Assembly: GCA_003427395.1 (NCBI GenBank)
Contig: BFEA01000023.1
Location: forward strand, 1,135,922 to 1,199,921
Length of the DNA stretch: 64,000 nt
From: Chara braunii
Lineage: Eukaryota > Plantae > Charophyceae
Reading direction: 5' to 3'
The notes below the pieces were generated by a model, which ran no database searches, was not told where the DNA came from, and saw only the letters and a program-made list of their open reading frames with translations. Shown one piece after another: positions 48,841 to 63,330 of the stretch (the first letter of the stretch is position 1; each line of letters starts with the position of its first letter). The translations under genes and the position numbers were made by a program.

Positions 48841-49674
48841 AGAAAAAGGTATGGTATAACAAACATGCCCGAACAACCCAACCCTTTAATAACACCATTC
48901 TGTACAACAAACTCAGTAGTCAACGAAATTGTGTCCTTCCTTAAGTTCCATTTAGATTCTTACATCCAACTCACTGCAAAGTTCGTCCTTTCAATAAATA
49001 AGAACTTAGGTGAGTGAGGTAAATAAGCACCCCACCTCCTCTCACCTCTGACTATTTTAACCATTACCTTCTTCCTTTGAGTTTCTCCCTCTTCTTCTCC
49101 GTCTTTCCTTCTTTTTTCGATCCCCATTTTCTTTTCCTCACCCTCCGAGTCAACCTCCCCACCTCTTCCATTACTTCCCACTTACAATGCACCAAGCAAG
49201 ATTTTCAGTCGGGCGCCATGCCTAACTATATTCCTCGCTACAAACAAGACATATGTTACTGAAACAACATATCAAGTTAAAAAAAAAAATGCAAAAATAA
49301 GAAAATAAAATGAAGTAATAGTAGTGATAAAAAAAAAACAGCATAGCTGAGGGTGACTACATGTGACCATGACAGACTATTCCGTCAGAGTTTCACCGAC
49401 TCATTTGGAGGCTGAACCATGCTGTTCTCTCAACCGAACGCTACCTCATTAAGTTACCCACTTCCTTCACGCGCTTTCTCCCTATATAGCACCCCATCCA
49501 TCGTCGTCACCACTTCCTTCACCTCCTCTCTTTCTACTCTCGTCCCCTTTTCCTCCCCTTCATTCTCCTCTACGCCTTTCATTATTTTCCCCGTGCATCA
49601 TGTTTCCTTCTTCTTCCGATCATGTATGGACTATGTTGCCCTGCAACAGAACAAATTTCCGAAATTAAATAAGC

Positions 49675-50166
49675 ATTCTATAGTAAAAGTACATTCTAAA
49701 TTTTAAATTTTCATTCCATCTTAAAAAATGTCATTCAAATATTAAAATTTTCGGTCTTACTTGAAAACTTTCCTTCCAATAATGGAGTATCTCTTCTTAT
49801 TTGAACTGCATGCTAAAGATGAAATGAAAGTTTGGACGAGTTCATGAAATATTTTAATTGGACTATCATTCTAAGTAAGGATTTTCAGTCATAAATAGGG
49901 TAATTCAATCTAAATTAGAAAATATTTGTTGTAGTAAAATGAAAATTTAATTAAACCATTTCATAAACTTGTCCAGACTTTCATTCCTTCTTTAAACAAA
50001 TAGATGTAGTTGGAAGGAAAAACTCATATTTAGATGGAAACTTATCAAATAAAACTATAAATTTTAGAATTGAAAGAACATTGGAATGATAATTTATAAA
50101 TATGAAGGATTTTTTTTTTATGAAATGTTTTTTTCAACTTGCAATTTTTGTGGGAATTTTCTGTTG
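49675..50166 (+). repeat. Repeat E, copy 3
   Basis: Aligns with copies 1 and 2. Confidence 0.8.
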
Positions 50167-50754
50167 TGCAGTGGTGGTCAAGCTTGCCTCACATTCATTT
50201 TTCTTGTCCCCTCGCAACCTTATCCTCGTTCTTCTTTTCCTTCTTCTTCTTCGCCTCCTACTCTTCTCATTCTTCTTCTTCTCCTTCTCCTATTACTTCT
50301 TCTCCTTCTTCTTCTTGTCCTCCTTCTTTGCCCATCGTCTTCTCACCATTCAACCTAGCTCGTCACTGTCTTTTTGCTCATTTACCTGGACAGTTTATCT
50401 GACGGTGTCACTGCTTGAGTGTTGCTCGGTAGGTATATGATTGTGGGTCACGGTTAGATAATAACAATATTCAAACACCAAAGAATAATAAATATAATAA
50501 TAATAAAAATAGTAAAATAATAATATAATAAAATAGTAATAATATTAATAAAAAATAATTATATACATGGTATCTTTTCGGTTCGATACAGTTACGTCGA
50601 CCCTCTGGGTTCATTAGTGTAGTATGCATATGCACTTGAAAGATCAATGACTTCAACAACCTGTTCCCGTCACAATAAACCTTAGGTGGTTATCCAACTT
50701 ATAAAAGCGACTCGTTGGATTTATCAGTGTAGCGCACTCGGGCCCAAGGAAGAA

Positions 50755-51043
<289 letters not shown>

Positions 51044-51642
51044 TATGCGCGCGAGTATATCACTCCTCTTTATCGACCATGCATCTATGTCATGCCTGAT
51101 GACCTTGTTTGCAGGTCATTTTGCTCTGTAAGACTTCATGTCTCAAGGTCTTTTCGGAAAAAGTTTTCTCGATGCTTTACAACAACAGAAACAACCGTGA
51201 AACAAAGTGCAATAATTCTTGAAGAATACTCGAGACATTATCAGAAGAACATCGTTGTCGAGCGCATCGGTCTGACACCGCATCAGGGCAGAGCGGGACC
51301 CTCCCGACCGCATCCGGTAGGAGTTGGCTTAGATCCTCTGTCACAAAAATATACATGGAGCTTCCGCAAGCCGCTCCGGCCGAGTGCACCAGCCATACCT
51401 CCCGCGAGCGCCTACGACAGGATAGGGCCTACGCGAGGTACGACTTACCTCCACTTTACAGCAGCTATCACCTCCCTTCCGTGGGCGATGCACTCAATCC
51501 CTCGTCCCGAGTCAGGTAAGTACCAATCCCGCAGCTTACCTCCTGCTGCTCCTATCCACAGAATAACCAGAATCTAACGAACCTACTGCTAGATCGTGGG
51601 AATGTACACTACTACCTGTGTATGTTGTGTGTGAGAGAGAGC

Positions 51643-51719
<77 letters not shown>

Positions 51720-52742
51720 CTCCATCGATATGGTGAGCAAAATTGGAATGAACCTTCCGCTAGAGTACGGAAGCATATGTCCCAGCTTCAATGAACCTTC
51801 CGCCAGATACAACCGAGTTCACCCCTCTCCTTCGCTCAACTCCTCTCCTTACTAACTCCTCCTACCCTCATCGTCATGCTAGTCAGACTTCAGATCCGGG
51901 GTTGCCCGCCCTCAGAACCCCCGGATCGACTCCTGCCTTTCCCAATTCATTCACTATCGGCTACGCCATGCCTTCACCCCTCTTCTTCTTTCTGTTCGCT
52001 CCATAGTTCTGCGCAATACTCTCTCCATCTAACTCCTAATTTACTAACCTTTTCGCTAATCTAACACGTTCATAACCCCAAAGTCGGTCTTTACCTCTCC
52101 CGATTCCATTGAGGAACGGGCCTGTTGTGTCTTCCCCACTCCGCCATAGTCACTTCTCTCGATACCTCCGCGCAGTAACTTTCTCTCTAACCTCTTGTTC
52201 TACTAATCTAACGCTGCATCTAACCTCACCACTGCGCTCGCACCACGCCAAAACCCCTATCTGCTACTTTAGTTCACTCGATTCTGACAAGGATCGAGTG
52301 AGCTAAGCCTTTTCCACCCCGCCATACTCGTCTCCTTCTTCTCTTCGTTGTCAAGTGAACCCGGGCGCGATTCATCGCCTAGGTTCATTCTCCCTCCTCT
52401 TCGTAGCTTCCCTTACCTCCGGTCCGCTCCGACGTCGCGCCCACTTCGTCTGCGCTGTACCGTGTGCTAGCCCATACACCGCCAGGCGTTCCTACTGCTA
52501 CAGTCAGTGGAACGGAGGTTATGGAAGCCGCTACTGAGTGTGCGACAACTCACCTGCCGAATCAACTAGCCCCGAACGTGGATGCGGCTCATACTCGACC
52601 GCCCTGGTGATTCTGACGCCGCGACGGGTCGAAAGGGGTTGAGCCCGCTATGAAGCTGGCAGCGTGGGCCTGGGCAAAGCTGACCCCGATGAAGATCTTG
52701 GTGGTAGTAGCAAATATTCACACGAAAACTTTAGAGACCGAA

Positions 52743-52778
<36 letters not shown>

Positions 52779-55457
52779 CCCATATGACCAAACCTCGGAA
52801 CCGACCGGCCCCCTCCCTGATACCCCTCTGGTCGCGCCCCTCGCCCTCGTAATAGCGCTCAGTCGAGCCGTAAGAGTACACCCCTTTGCCTCGGCTATCC
52901 TGCTGGAAGCTGCGGGGAGACACTGTCGCGATCCAACCGGTCCCTTTGCCTATACCCCGCCCGACGAATGGGTTGCAGCAATACCGCTGCAAATCCCGTT
53001 GAGCCTCTTTTGACTGCCCTACTGGAGCACCGCCCCTTCCCACTTCGGGTTCCCAACGGGCCATCCGCTCATAGGCAGCAGCCACAAAGTCGGGGATGTC
53101 GGCCCCGTTGCAAACCCGAAGGGTCGTCGCGGATACCAAGGTAAGACCTTTGGGCGCCGGGGTGAAGAGGTTCCGCCAATATACAACCCGCAACCTGCAC
53201 TATTGCGCCCCAGCCTATCTTGCCTAGGTGCAATTTTCCCCCTTCCGGGCCCCATCGACACACCCACACTCAAGCCTCTCACAACATATAGTGCCCGACG
53301 GCAGTGCACCAGCAGAAAATCCCCGCCACTCAATTCCTTACACCTCGTGGGCTAATCACCCACCAACTCGCATACACGTTGAACTCCTCGGTCCGCATTT
53401 CAAAACAGTCAAAAAAATAGAAAGGGGAAAGGGAAATTTTGCCAACGTCCCGGACACGCGGAATCCGGACGGACCCGGCGAAAGAGGCGCGTACTCAAGG
53501 TCCTTGACTGTCGTGGCGGCTTTCAAGAATCCGGTGTCGCATCTAGGTCAACGGCACGCCGGAGTATAACAAGTTATTAGGAATACAACGCTATAAAAGA
53601 ATTACTTAGGAAGTACCACCATCGATCGAGTGCCGCCGACGACCAAACCAAGGGGGATAACCCCGCCGTGCCCCCAACCCCACGGTTCCTTCACGCCGCC
53701 TCCATGCTCCCATGCCGTCGCCGCTCGGTCTCAATCCCTGAATCTCTCTGATGAAAGTCCACGCTGTAACCAATAAGGCTAGGTCCACTGCTGGACTTGG
53801 CTCTGACGGAAGCCTAAATAAACGGACACTGCGCGACGCGCCAATCTACCGAAACGATTTAACCCCGCACGTCGGCCTATCGACAGAGCTGTCGACCGCC
53901 AACTTCCGCGCCCACCACGCGACTATACCGAATCATGCCGTCGCCGACGTCGCCCTCCGTATGCATGCGCAAGTCACAAGTAAATGCACCAATAAAAAAA
54001 CAAAACCTTTTTAGTCCTAGTTTAATCAGAAATAAATTAAAAAATCCGGTCGGCGATCACGCCGACTCTTCAATCATCAACAATAAAAAGGATCACGCGC
54101 GCCTCAAGTTTGCGCGTCCACAAACTCTTTATTCTAGTCAACCATCAGCCGCATAAATAACGAACCCTGCCGCGACTCGCGCGATATATTTTAATTAATT
54201 TTTAACCTAAAGCTATTTTCTGCCACTTGCAAAAACCAGGGGAGATACCCTTGTAAGGGTATTCGCGCCGACACCGTGATCCACAAATCCAATGAGGAAA
54301 AATATGAAAACGGGTACAACGCTGCCCATAAAGCAAAAACACATTGATATTCCACCAACGGAGAACAAAAACACTGAATTCAAATATCAATGGAAGCATA
54401 CTCTTGCCATTACCAACATATGTATCTAGAGTCCTTCCTCCTACTTGACACTCAACGCCCAGGCTATGATCACATAACTTACTAGCAACCTACAAATTGA
54501 CAATGCATCCAGTTGGCGTCAGCAACAAAACTGAAGTACATTGAGATGTCGACCCATGTAGACCATCGTCAAAAACAGGTACGTGCCCTCACATCAGCAA
54601 CCTCATATCTCTCTGTCTCTCCACCCACGTCTTCTCCCTCTTACACGAAGACCACAACCACCTCCCGATGACTATCCAAGCCCAAGCCTGACTACATAGG
54701 CTGGGCTATGGCGCTTTGACTCCCCTTCCTTCCTCATCTTCGTATACTCTACCTCTACTCACTTATTTTTCTCTTAGTTGCGAGTGCGCCTTCTTGCTTT
54801 GCAAAAAATCCTAACTCCTACCCGCGCTTGCTCGTCTTCTCCTTAGCGACTTCCTCTCGCTCTCGACTAGTCGCGTGTTGAAGTTTCCTTCCCTACGCCC
54901 AGCTGCACGCCCTCGACGCATGCAACTCTCGGTCTGAACGCAGACTGAATCCTCCCTACTCTTAGGCAGATCGACCAGCCACGACTGTCATACGAGTCTC
55001 GACCAGTACAATAGAGGGGTTATTTTGAAATGAACCTGTCCGACGATTTGGTGCAGGTTCCTAACGTAGATTTAAAACAAATAAACGTAAAATTCGTTGG
55101 ACGATTATAATAGTAGTAATAAAATAATAATAGTAATAATAATAATAATTCGGGATAGATATACATCGTAATATTCATATGGACGACGTGACAATACAAG
55201 AAAAATGTAACAATACAGAAAGAATAAAAACAAAATAAATAAATAAAAGAAAAAAGAAAAAAAAAACAAAGAAAAGAAATGAAAATTGTAACAATATCTA
55301 CCTACTGATTCGGTCTGTTGTGACAACTGTCATACCCTTGCCATGACAGGGGGTCCTAACTATAACTTACTTTCAACGATAAGGTCGAGGGTTTGACCTC
55401 TGCCAACCGAACGGGGGGTCAAAGTATGATCCTCGCGGGCTGTAGCAGGGCTCCTTA

Positions 55458-55750
55458 AACAACAATTTCGTCAAAACGGACATATTATATTTTTTGAACA
55501 AAATTGAAATTAAGTTTTTGGGTCAAAATCCGCTCCAAATTTTTAGCTCCTGGGGATCCGACATTCTCAGAACGCCGGACCCCCTAGATGTATATGGTCT
55601 CCGCTTGAGGTCAGATGCATCTAGGGAATCCGGCGTTCCAGGAACGCTGGACTCCTCGAAGCCAAAAATTTGGACCGGATTTTGACCCAAAAACTCAATT
55701 TCAATTTCGTTCAAAAAATATAATATGTCCGTTTTGACGAAATTGCCGTT
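55458..55750. mobile_element. Foldback MITE family D
   Basis: Highly similar to 40717-41009; 4-bp TSD CTTA. Confidence 0.85.
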
Positions 55751-57949
55751 CTTACTAAAAGGAGCTAGCTCAAGGGCCGGACACATCCGTTTCCTGCATC
55801 CACTACTTGAGAAACTTTACCTAAACCTATTGAGCTAACTCCTACTTTGGTTTGAAGAATAACAACTTTAGTAATTGTAGAGTAGTATGACACATACCGA
55901 CCACTAACCCGACCCTACGGCCCATTTCCCAAGGGAGCTAAGCACGACCACCCACTATAGCTTTGATGTGGTAGGTGTCCAAACCCTTTATGACTGCCCC
56001 GACCACACGATTGGGGTTTATATTAATTCTTACCCTGCAGTGTACAACCCACTTTACACATACAGACTTGCATGCCACCTGCCTACCCGACTTGGCTAAC
56101 TTTTCCTTTTGACGACCTTTGTCACATGATCGGGGTTTCTATTAATTTAGAACATCATCGGACCCTAGGCTCGTTGTTATACCAACCTTCAAATAGGCAG
56201 TCGGGTGCCATCGGCTCGTTCCGTATAACTTCTTCTACTCAACTGACCCTTCGGTCTCTACGACCGAAGGTTTTTAATCACTAACTTTTGTCATCTTGAC
56301 ACTGTGACATTGCTATAGGGCGCGTGACTAATACTCGAGTTTTCTTACCCGTACATCTTGCCCTCAATGGTCGAGGAAATCATCTTAAACTACGCAAAGA
56401 GTGCGTGCACCCTTTGCTTATGATCGACTCCGTCATGGTGACCAACACCGTTACCGTGTCGATTACAAAAACATGAGCAAATACCATTGTAAGGGTGTTT
56501 GCTCTGACAACGTGAAATCCCTATCACGCATACACCCATTTTTACTTTTACCTGATCCACTATGGTTATTAACTAATCATTCTTGTCTTACCATATCAAC
56601 TGATCAATATAATGAAGTTGTCGTTTTGCCTGGATCATCAGACTGCTGCTAACCTGTGTTCATTCACTAAGGATCTCAGTAGGCAATCGAGATCCCAGCG
56701 ACACCACGTTTTGAGTACATCGGTCCCACAAGGAGACCCTCCCGATTGAAGCATGCAGGAATTTGCAGGACTATTATCGCAGTGGAACTCTCACCGCTCT
56801 GGCCGAGTGCGCCCACTGTATCTCTCGGGAACCACTACGACAGGATGGGGCCACACGAGGCACGACTCGACTCTTCCCAAGGGGTTGTCACCACTCTTGG
56901 ATAGGTGTATTCCTGCCGAGCTACCGAACCACATACGAAAGCTACTCAAATGCAATCGCAGAGGTGGCCCAACCAAGCACGTTTCTCATACGCTGTAGCA
57001 TAGGGGGTACGTGCGGTCGAACACCTCAATCGGACCCTCGCGTGAACCGTTCTTTTGGGGGCTGATGTCTCAAGCGCGGCTCCACGCTGGTCGACTAGGA
57101 CGGTCCAACTAACCTCGCGATACACCTTGCCAAAATAAAACTATGTTTTACACATAAATCACGCCTAGTCCCTTTTTCGTATCCAATCCATAAACTTTTG
57201 ACAACAAAAAATAGCGAGTGTCGCTCTCGTGATTCTGCATAAATATAGTGGCGATATAACCCTTATCATATTGACTGACCATGCATGAACACGCAAGCAG
57301 TCGCGATGACGACATATTATGTGGTACCCATAACCAGACGGTCCTCAATAAAATTGAGGGTCATCTCTGACACTCAAGTGTCGGCCGACACGCGTTTCGA
57401 GGGGATAATCTCTTGATGCTAGACAATTGAGAGTGTGATTGCGAGAGCTACCCTCTTTTGCACCATGTGAAGGTGAGTGATAGGCGGACTTCGCCTCTTT
57501 GTAGCGGTGTCACCATTTTTTTAGTTAGAGAATTTTTTGTGACCAGAAAAACAACAAACTGTCATGCACGGTTTTGATGAATTCTGCAATAAATAAATAA
57601 ATTAATTAAAACAACTTATTTCTTGTTGTGTGCGTCCGGCTTCGAGCGAGACCCTTCGATTGTGGTCTACGTCGGTCCTCAATTTAAAGATTTTTTTATT
57701 ATGATTCGGATAACAATGATAATGCAAATAATAAATTATAAAATTTAAATATGTCATGCACTATCAAGTTTGTCAATTTAGAAATTTGAGAACTGTGACA
57801 AAATCAACAGAGTGCATAATCTCAAGCAATGTCAATGCAAACAAATAAGGACTTACTGACTTAAGACAAGGACAAGATGAATAGGGGAAGGTGATAATTC
57901 ATAATAATCTCAGAAAGTACAGATGAATAAACATGGCCAACACTCTTCA

Positions 57950-60350
57950 AGAGTCCTCACTTATTCCTCTCAAGTATTATCATCAATCTCTCATTTGACC
58001 CTGCGTCTCGTATGCCTTGAGCCACGCCTATGTACCCCCTGAGATTGTGGCTTAGAGATATAGAGTCACCTAAGGCCCATGAGCTCCAAATACGTCAATC
58101 CAAAGCCAAAGATTCGAACGTCAAATATAGCACAAAACTCCTCTCATTGTGTAGGAAGATGATATGGACTGAAAACTATCTCTCGTCTGAGGTGTCAGAA
58201 CTTTGATGGTTCAACTATTGCCTCGTAGTCAATCTCCGCTGGTGAGACATACCTTTTGGCCATGTCAACCAGATCACCCCAGTAAGAACCGTCGATGAGG
58301 TAGAAAGGAACCAAAGACCTAATGTGGTCAGTGTATAATTTAGGACCACCTTTGCATCCTCTTGAAGCACTAGTGCTCTCTCCTTAACATACCGTCCTGC
58401 TGTAGCACAAACTGAATCAAAGTGCTTAAGAGTCTCCTTCCCCTTCTTCACATAGATCCTCATATCTTGGATTGTTCCCTCTACAAACTCAGTGAGAACC
58501 ATGAAGATTGATAATTTTTTTTTTTTTGAAACTGACTTCATTGATGTATCGATACTGAAAAACATTCTTGAGAGCAATCTGGTTGAGGTTGGCCAGGATT
58601 GACCGGCTGGTCAGGAATGATTGAACTGTACTCATGTGCCGAGATGAATACTGAAACCGATCTGAATGTTTTTGATTAAAACACAGTCTAATTCATTTTG
58701 ATCCATGTAATAGCTGGTAATGACCGAATAACCATAGATTCTAACTGAAAATCATTGATAACGTCCCAGATGATTGAATGTTGTCGAGTATCAAGTCACT
58801 TAATACTGACCACTTGACTGCAGGGTATTGAGCGTAAATGCGGATTATTGGATAATACTTGTTGGCTGATATGTTTCTTAGGTCTTCGATAGAAAAGTCT
58901 GAGCACATTTACACTCACTTGAGCCTAGCCTTGCTCAACAATCTCTAGTGATGAACCAATGTTTTGCAGCTTACTAGCGTGATCATGAAAGTAGAAAACA
59001 TACTCTATGTATTTCTTTTCCTCAATTTTTCAGACAACATGCTCTCTCAAACCCAGCTTATGGAATTCAATGTCTTGGATGACCACAAATTACCAACCTT
59101 TATACTTTTTTTTACTAATACTGCATCTCATTACTAAAATTTATTGATCTCTCATGATCTCTTTTTTGATCTTAAGTCCAAGAATTTGACGAAAGGTAGA
59201 TAAGAGACGATGCCTTTTTTATTGTTTTAGCACCTTTTATATAATCTGCGATCAATATTCAGTTAATAACTGCACGCCTTTGCTGATGAGATTTTTACAA
59301 CAGAGTCCGACTACCAGGATCCACAGCTAGCAACCAACTCCTTACTGATCACCAAACGACCTACTGTTATGACTCTCGACAACCGCTTGATGTTTTCTTT
59401 TAATCATTAACATATGGTACCCGCGCTGCTAGGTTTTATTTATGTCCGAATATAACATAAGGATATTGCTGAGCATTATCCTCGAATGTTGATAAAAGTA
59501 ATTAGAATAAAATAAAGTAAATAATGTAAAGTTTGCTCTAACCATCTCCACTAATCAATAAAAGATATCAGTACTACCATTCATGCTCAACCTGTGCAAT
59601 CCATTAAAAGTAGCATGTCTAAATCTGACATTGTCCCTAACCCGATTATTTACTCAAACGGTACTTCCCAAAGACTTTGAGTACAAAACATGTTCGTAAG
59701 CCACGTGACATCAATCAGGGTACACTGTGTCCAACACAATAATCCTAAATATAGGTACTATGACTACAGTTCGATTGTGTTGGGTACAACAACTCCAGAT
59801 GCGAAAAACTCCCTGTTCAGTAAGTTGTTCAATGTCTGATCCCATTCAACACGGTTGCCTTGGCACGGGGTCGGATCCATGCTCAAAATAACAAACTTAG
59901 GCACAAGACGTGTCGATACTCCGCTCGACAAATCTGAGTGTGGAAAACGTTAATGCCCGATACTGTAATTCTGAGAGTGAAGGTCTTTAGTGGTCTTTAA
60001 ACTCTAATAATACGACTCTACTTAGTGTGGCAATTCCAAGTACGACATCTGATAGTACTCAAAGTAATTAGGTTAATTCAAAATAAAATTAGTACACAAT
60101 GACTTCGGTTATCTATCGTGTTCCGCAAAAAAAAAACTATATGTAGCTTCTCGTGAATCAACGGGATATCTGTCAATTTGTGCTTCAGTGGTGTGATATT
60201 TTCGTAATATCAACTAAAGTCACAGGCAATTCCGCAATTTTGCCCTTGGACGAATGAACATGCTTGCAATTCCAACAATTGTCAACGGTATATTTGTCGT
60301 TTGTCCTTAGACAACGAAATACCTCTACAATTCTTGAGAAAACTAGGGGC
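57950..60350 (-). mobile_element. Degenerate Helitron-like RepHel (PIF1 helicase) remnant
   Basis: In order on the minus strand, with frameshifts: a YITKYxxK-like motif (~60200), ESMLS (motif II-like, ~59045), DFQL (motif III-like, ~58750), L.LQEDAKVVL..L.T.GL (~58350), HKSQG (~58040). May extend further right. Confidence 0.5.
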
Positions 60351-62959
60351 ATGCATGCAACTTGCACTTAAGATACAAGACTGTTTGCTTGAAAGGAGAA
60401 CACTTTTATTTCAACACGGTTATATTTTATGGGGCTTAGCCTAAATTCATTACAATGCGGAATTTCGAATAAACTTCGATTAGAAATAACTCACGTCACA
60501 GCAGGAGTTAACCCATGTTTTCATCACAATTGATCCTTCTGTCAAAATTATCGAATAGAGAAATGGTACACCAGAGAGGTTTGTATGACTCATAATCAAA
60601 TTACTCAATGAAGGAGCAATAATTCACTACATGAACCTCTCATCCTTCGAGTACAGTTTATCGTCCTTTCCTTAGATTTTCTCTACAATTCATCCATGAT
60701 TATGCTGGATTTTATAACAACAACAATCAAGAAATTGAGGAGTGAGAACGACTAGTCCCCGTTAAGCAAATATTTGGCTAGCAAATACGCCCCTTTCTTA
60801 AAAATTGTCCGTCTCTTTCCCATCGTTCATTCATGACTCAGAGGGGAGAAGAAAACCAGAAATTCACACTCAAGAAGATTCGATCCTCTTTATCAACTCA
60901 TTCGGCTTGCTTGTTTTCATCACCATCTGGGAAAGTGTGATTAATCTCAAAACACCCAATGGTTTCTGAAACACATTAATGGGGAATATGAGGAAAAACA
61001 TAATAAAGTAAAACATAGAGAAAAAAATGCTATGACCTCTCAGGTATGATTCCAGTCAATTAACGAGATTACTCACATTTCCTTTTTGCCCGACTTCACC
61101 TGAGAGAGAAGCTAGAGAGAATTACATACCGCTTTTTCCAATGCTCGATATGCACAACCTCCTTCCCTCGAGTCCGCTCAGCTATATATATTCCTGGTGA
61201 TATAATTTTCGAGATGCATATGTTACAGAGACCATGAGCACTGATATGTTTATTAGCAGGCTGAGACCGACACAACTTGTTGTATAGTGATTACAACCGT
61301 CTTGCCTCGGTCAATGATGATCTCTTATTTGATGCAAAAAACCCCTTTATGATGGAGACAAAATACCCGATGGAAACAATTGCGAAAAAAGCTGACTCCT
61401 GAGAGTATTGATAATAACTACTACTGATTGCTTGCTACTTTCCATGATGATTTGATAATCGAAGAAAGGTAGAACGCTCACTTAGATTACTCAGAACCGA
61501 TGACGACGATAGTTAGCTGTCGGAGTAAGTTTCGAAGAATTTAGCCAGTAACTTTGACCGCCTTGTGAGTCCCTCCCGACTAGTCGTTCGTAACCACCTC
61601 ATGAAGTTTTCTCGTTGAATTGATGGTGGCAATGTAGTAGCACAACGTGAGATAAACATAGTGAACACACGAATGTAGTGGTAACACATTCACTGCATGA
61701 TCAATGGTAATTCATAATCCAGAGTGTTGATGATGCCGACAGTGGTCTGGAAATGTGCATTACTTCACATAAGCCTGTCTGTGATACTCCCTCGCACATC
61801 AACTTCTACCTGTTGCTGCCGGTGTGACTAGAACTTGAAATCATATTGGCGTCAACCCCGTATTCACACATAGTGTTCTTGCTCGAGTCAGAATTTAGGC
61901 GCTTATTCACACGATAACTACTCCATTCGTTTGCTTTGCATCCATCTCTTTATAACAGAGATGGAACGAGCAATGGTAGATGATGCGAACTGGAAGGAGG
62001 TACAAATGACGTTAGCCATCCGCAACAGCAACGAGAAGTCTCACTTCTAGTGATGTCTGTATGCGCCGCTAGTGTGCTGCTTCACACGCTCGAACTCGAC
62101 CACCCCACACTAGAGAAGGGAAGTGCTTAAAATTGCACATGGAGGCAACCGACACAACTTGCATGACGCAGCAGTTGACAACAAGAGTGGATTCATACGT
62201 AGAGTACGTGCGTCCTTCTGACTTATCTCTTCTCTAGCGCTCACCTCCAGTGCTTTGCTACAACACGTTCACAAACTGAACACCGCCTCCATCTCTCTTC
62301 TCCTCTACTCGTCACTCTAGCCACAGTATAGAACCGCCTCGCAACTTGACCTCAACCTTGCTGTCACAATGAGTTGAATTCGCCCGGATGTTGTTAACAT
62401 CAATAGTGACTTTCAAGCTCGCTTCTCATGAATGTCTCTCATGAAGCCTCGCCCTCTGAATGCGCATAAACACCCACTATAATAGTAGTCTCAAATCTTT
62501 ACAACAAAAATGGTGCAAGCGAAGAAGAGTTTGTTTAAGCCGAAACAAAAACTCAGACGATGTAAGTAAAGTACACAACTCTCGTGTTCTAATTCCACTA
62601 TTCAAAGAATATGGACTTCACTCGTGACCTCAACAGTTAAAGAAGCGCACAACTTTCTCCCATAAGTCTGACGTCGACTCTCTCCCCTCTTCTTGTGAGC
62701 ATATCGCTTCTGCCCTTTTGTTTCTGTCTCGATCTCACTGATCATATCCGACGTACATCGCCTGTAACCGCCTCGTGGCTTCAAGGCCTTTTTTGTTGCG
62801 AGATGGCCTCAGGGCCATCTTCCACTGGTTCGGCAGGTGGGTGATCCTTCCTCCACTGTTTCATACCATGCCAAGACCAAGTCTCTCCATTGTTGACTTA
62901 TGACTCGACCTTAGAGTCCCTGTCCAAATACTGTTGTTCGCGCTTATTGAAGGCAAACT

Positions 62960-63330
62960 GCAGATGACATGCGCCGTGCACTCCGAATTAAAGGCCATGG
63001 GGTATTCTCTCGCAATCAGGTCATCGACAGATCTAAACACTCTTGCATTCTCGAACAAAATCCCAACAACATTGCCCTTGCTAATGACTCGACCATTCTC
63101 ATGCATTCCATTCGCAATGATTCTTTGGCCTAATCAAAGATCAATCAATCAACTACAATCTCCTCATACGAGTAATTCCATCTACACTCGGGGTTACTCG
63201 TCGCGGAAGGTGCGAAAATGACAGATATGCATTGTTTAATTCTCCGTGTGCTCTGCAACCCTGCCTTGTCATCCCATGGTTAATCAAAATGCCGGCCCAT
63301 CACGCAACCATTCCTCGACAAACATACATA
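62960..63330 (-). mobile_element. hAT transposase fragment (DUF659 region), pseudogenised
   Basis: GNVVGILFENARVFRSVDDLIAREYPMAFNSECTAHVI resembles the hAT NVVQ.ITDNA....G.LI...YP.IF...CAAH motif; an upstream EEW..G remnant is present. Confidence 0.6.

Noticed and set aside
52648-53569. Protein-coding gene in the GC-rich block
   Set aside because: No recognisable domain or consistent exon structure.
57380-57420. Penelope-type hammerhead (minus-strand CGAAACGCGT)
   Set aside because: No CUGANGA core upstream.
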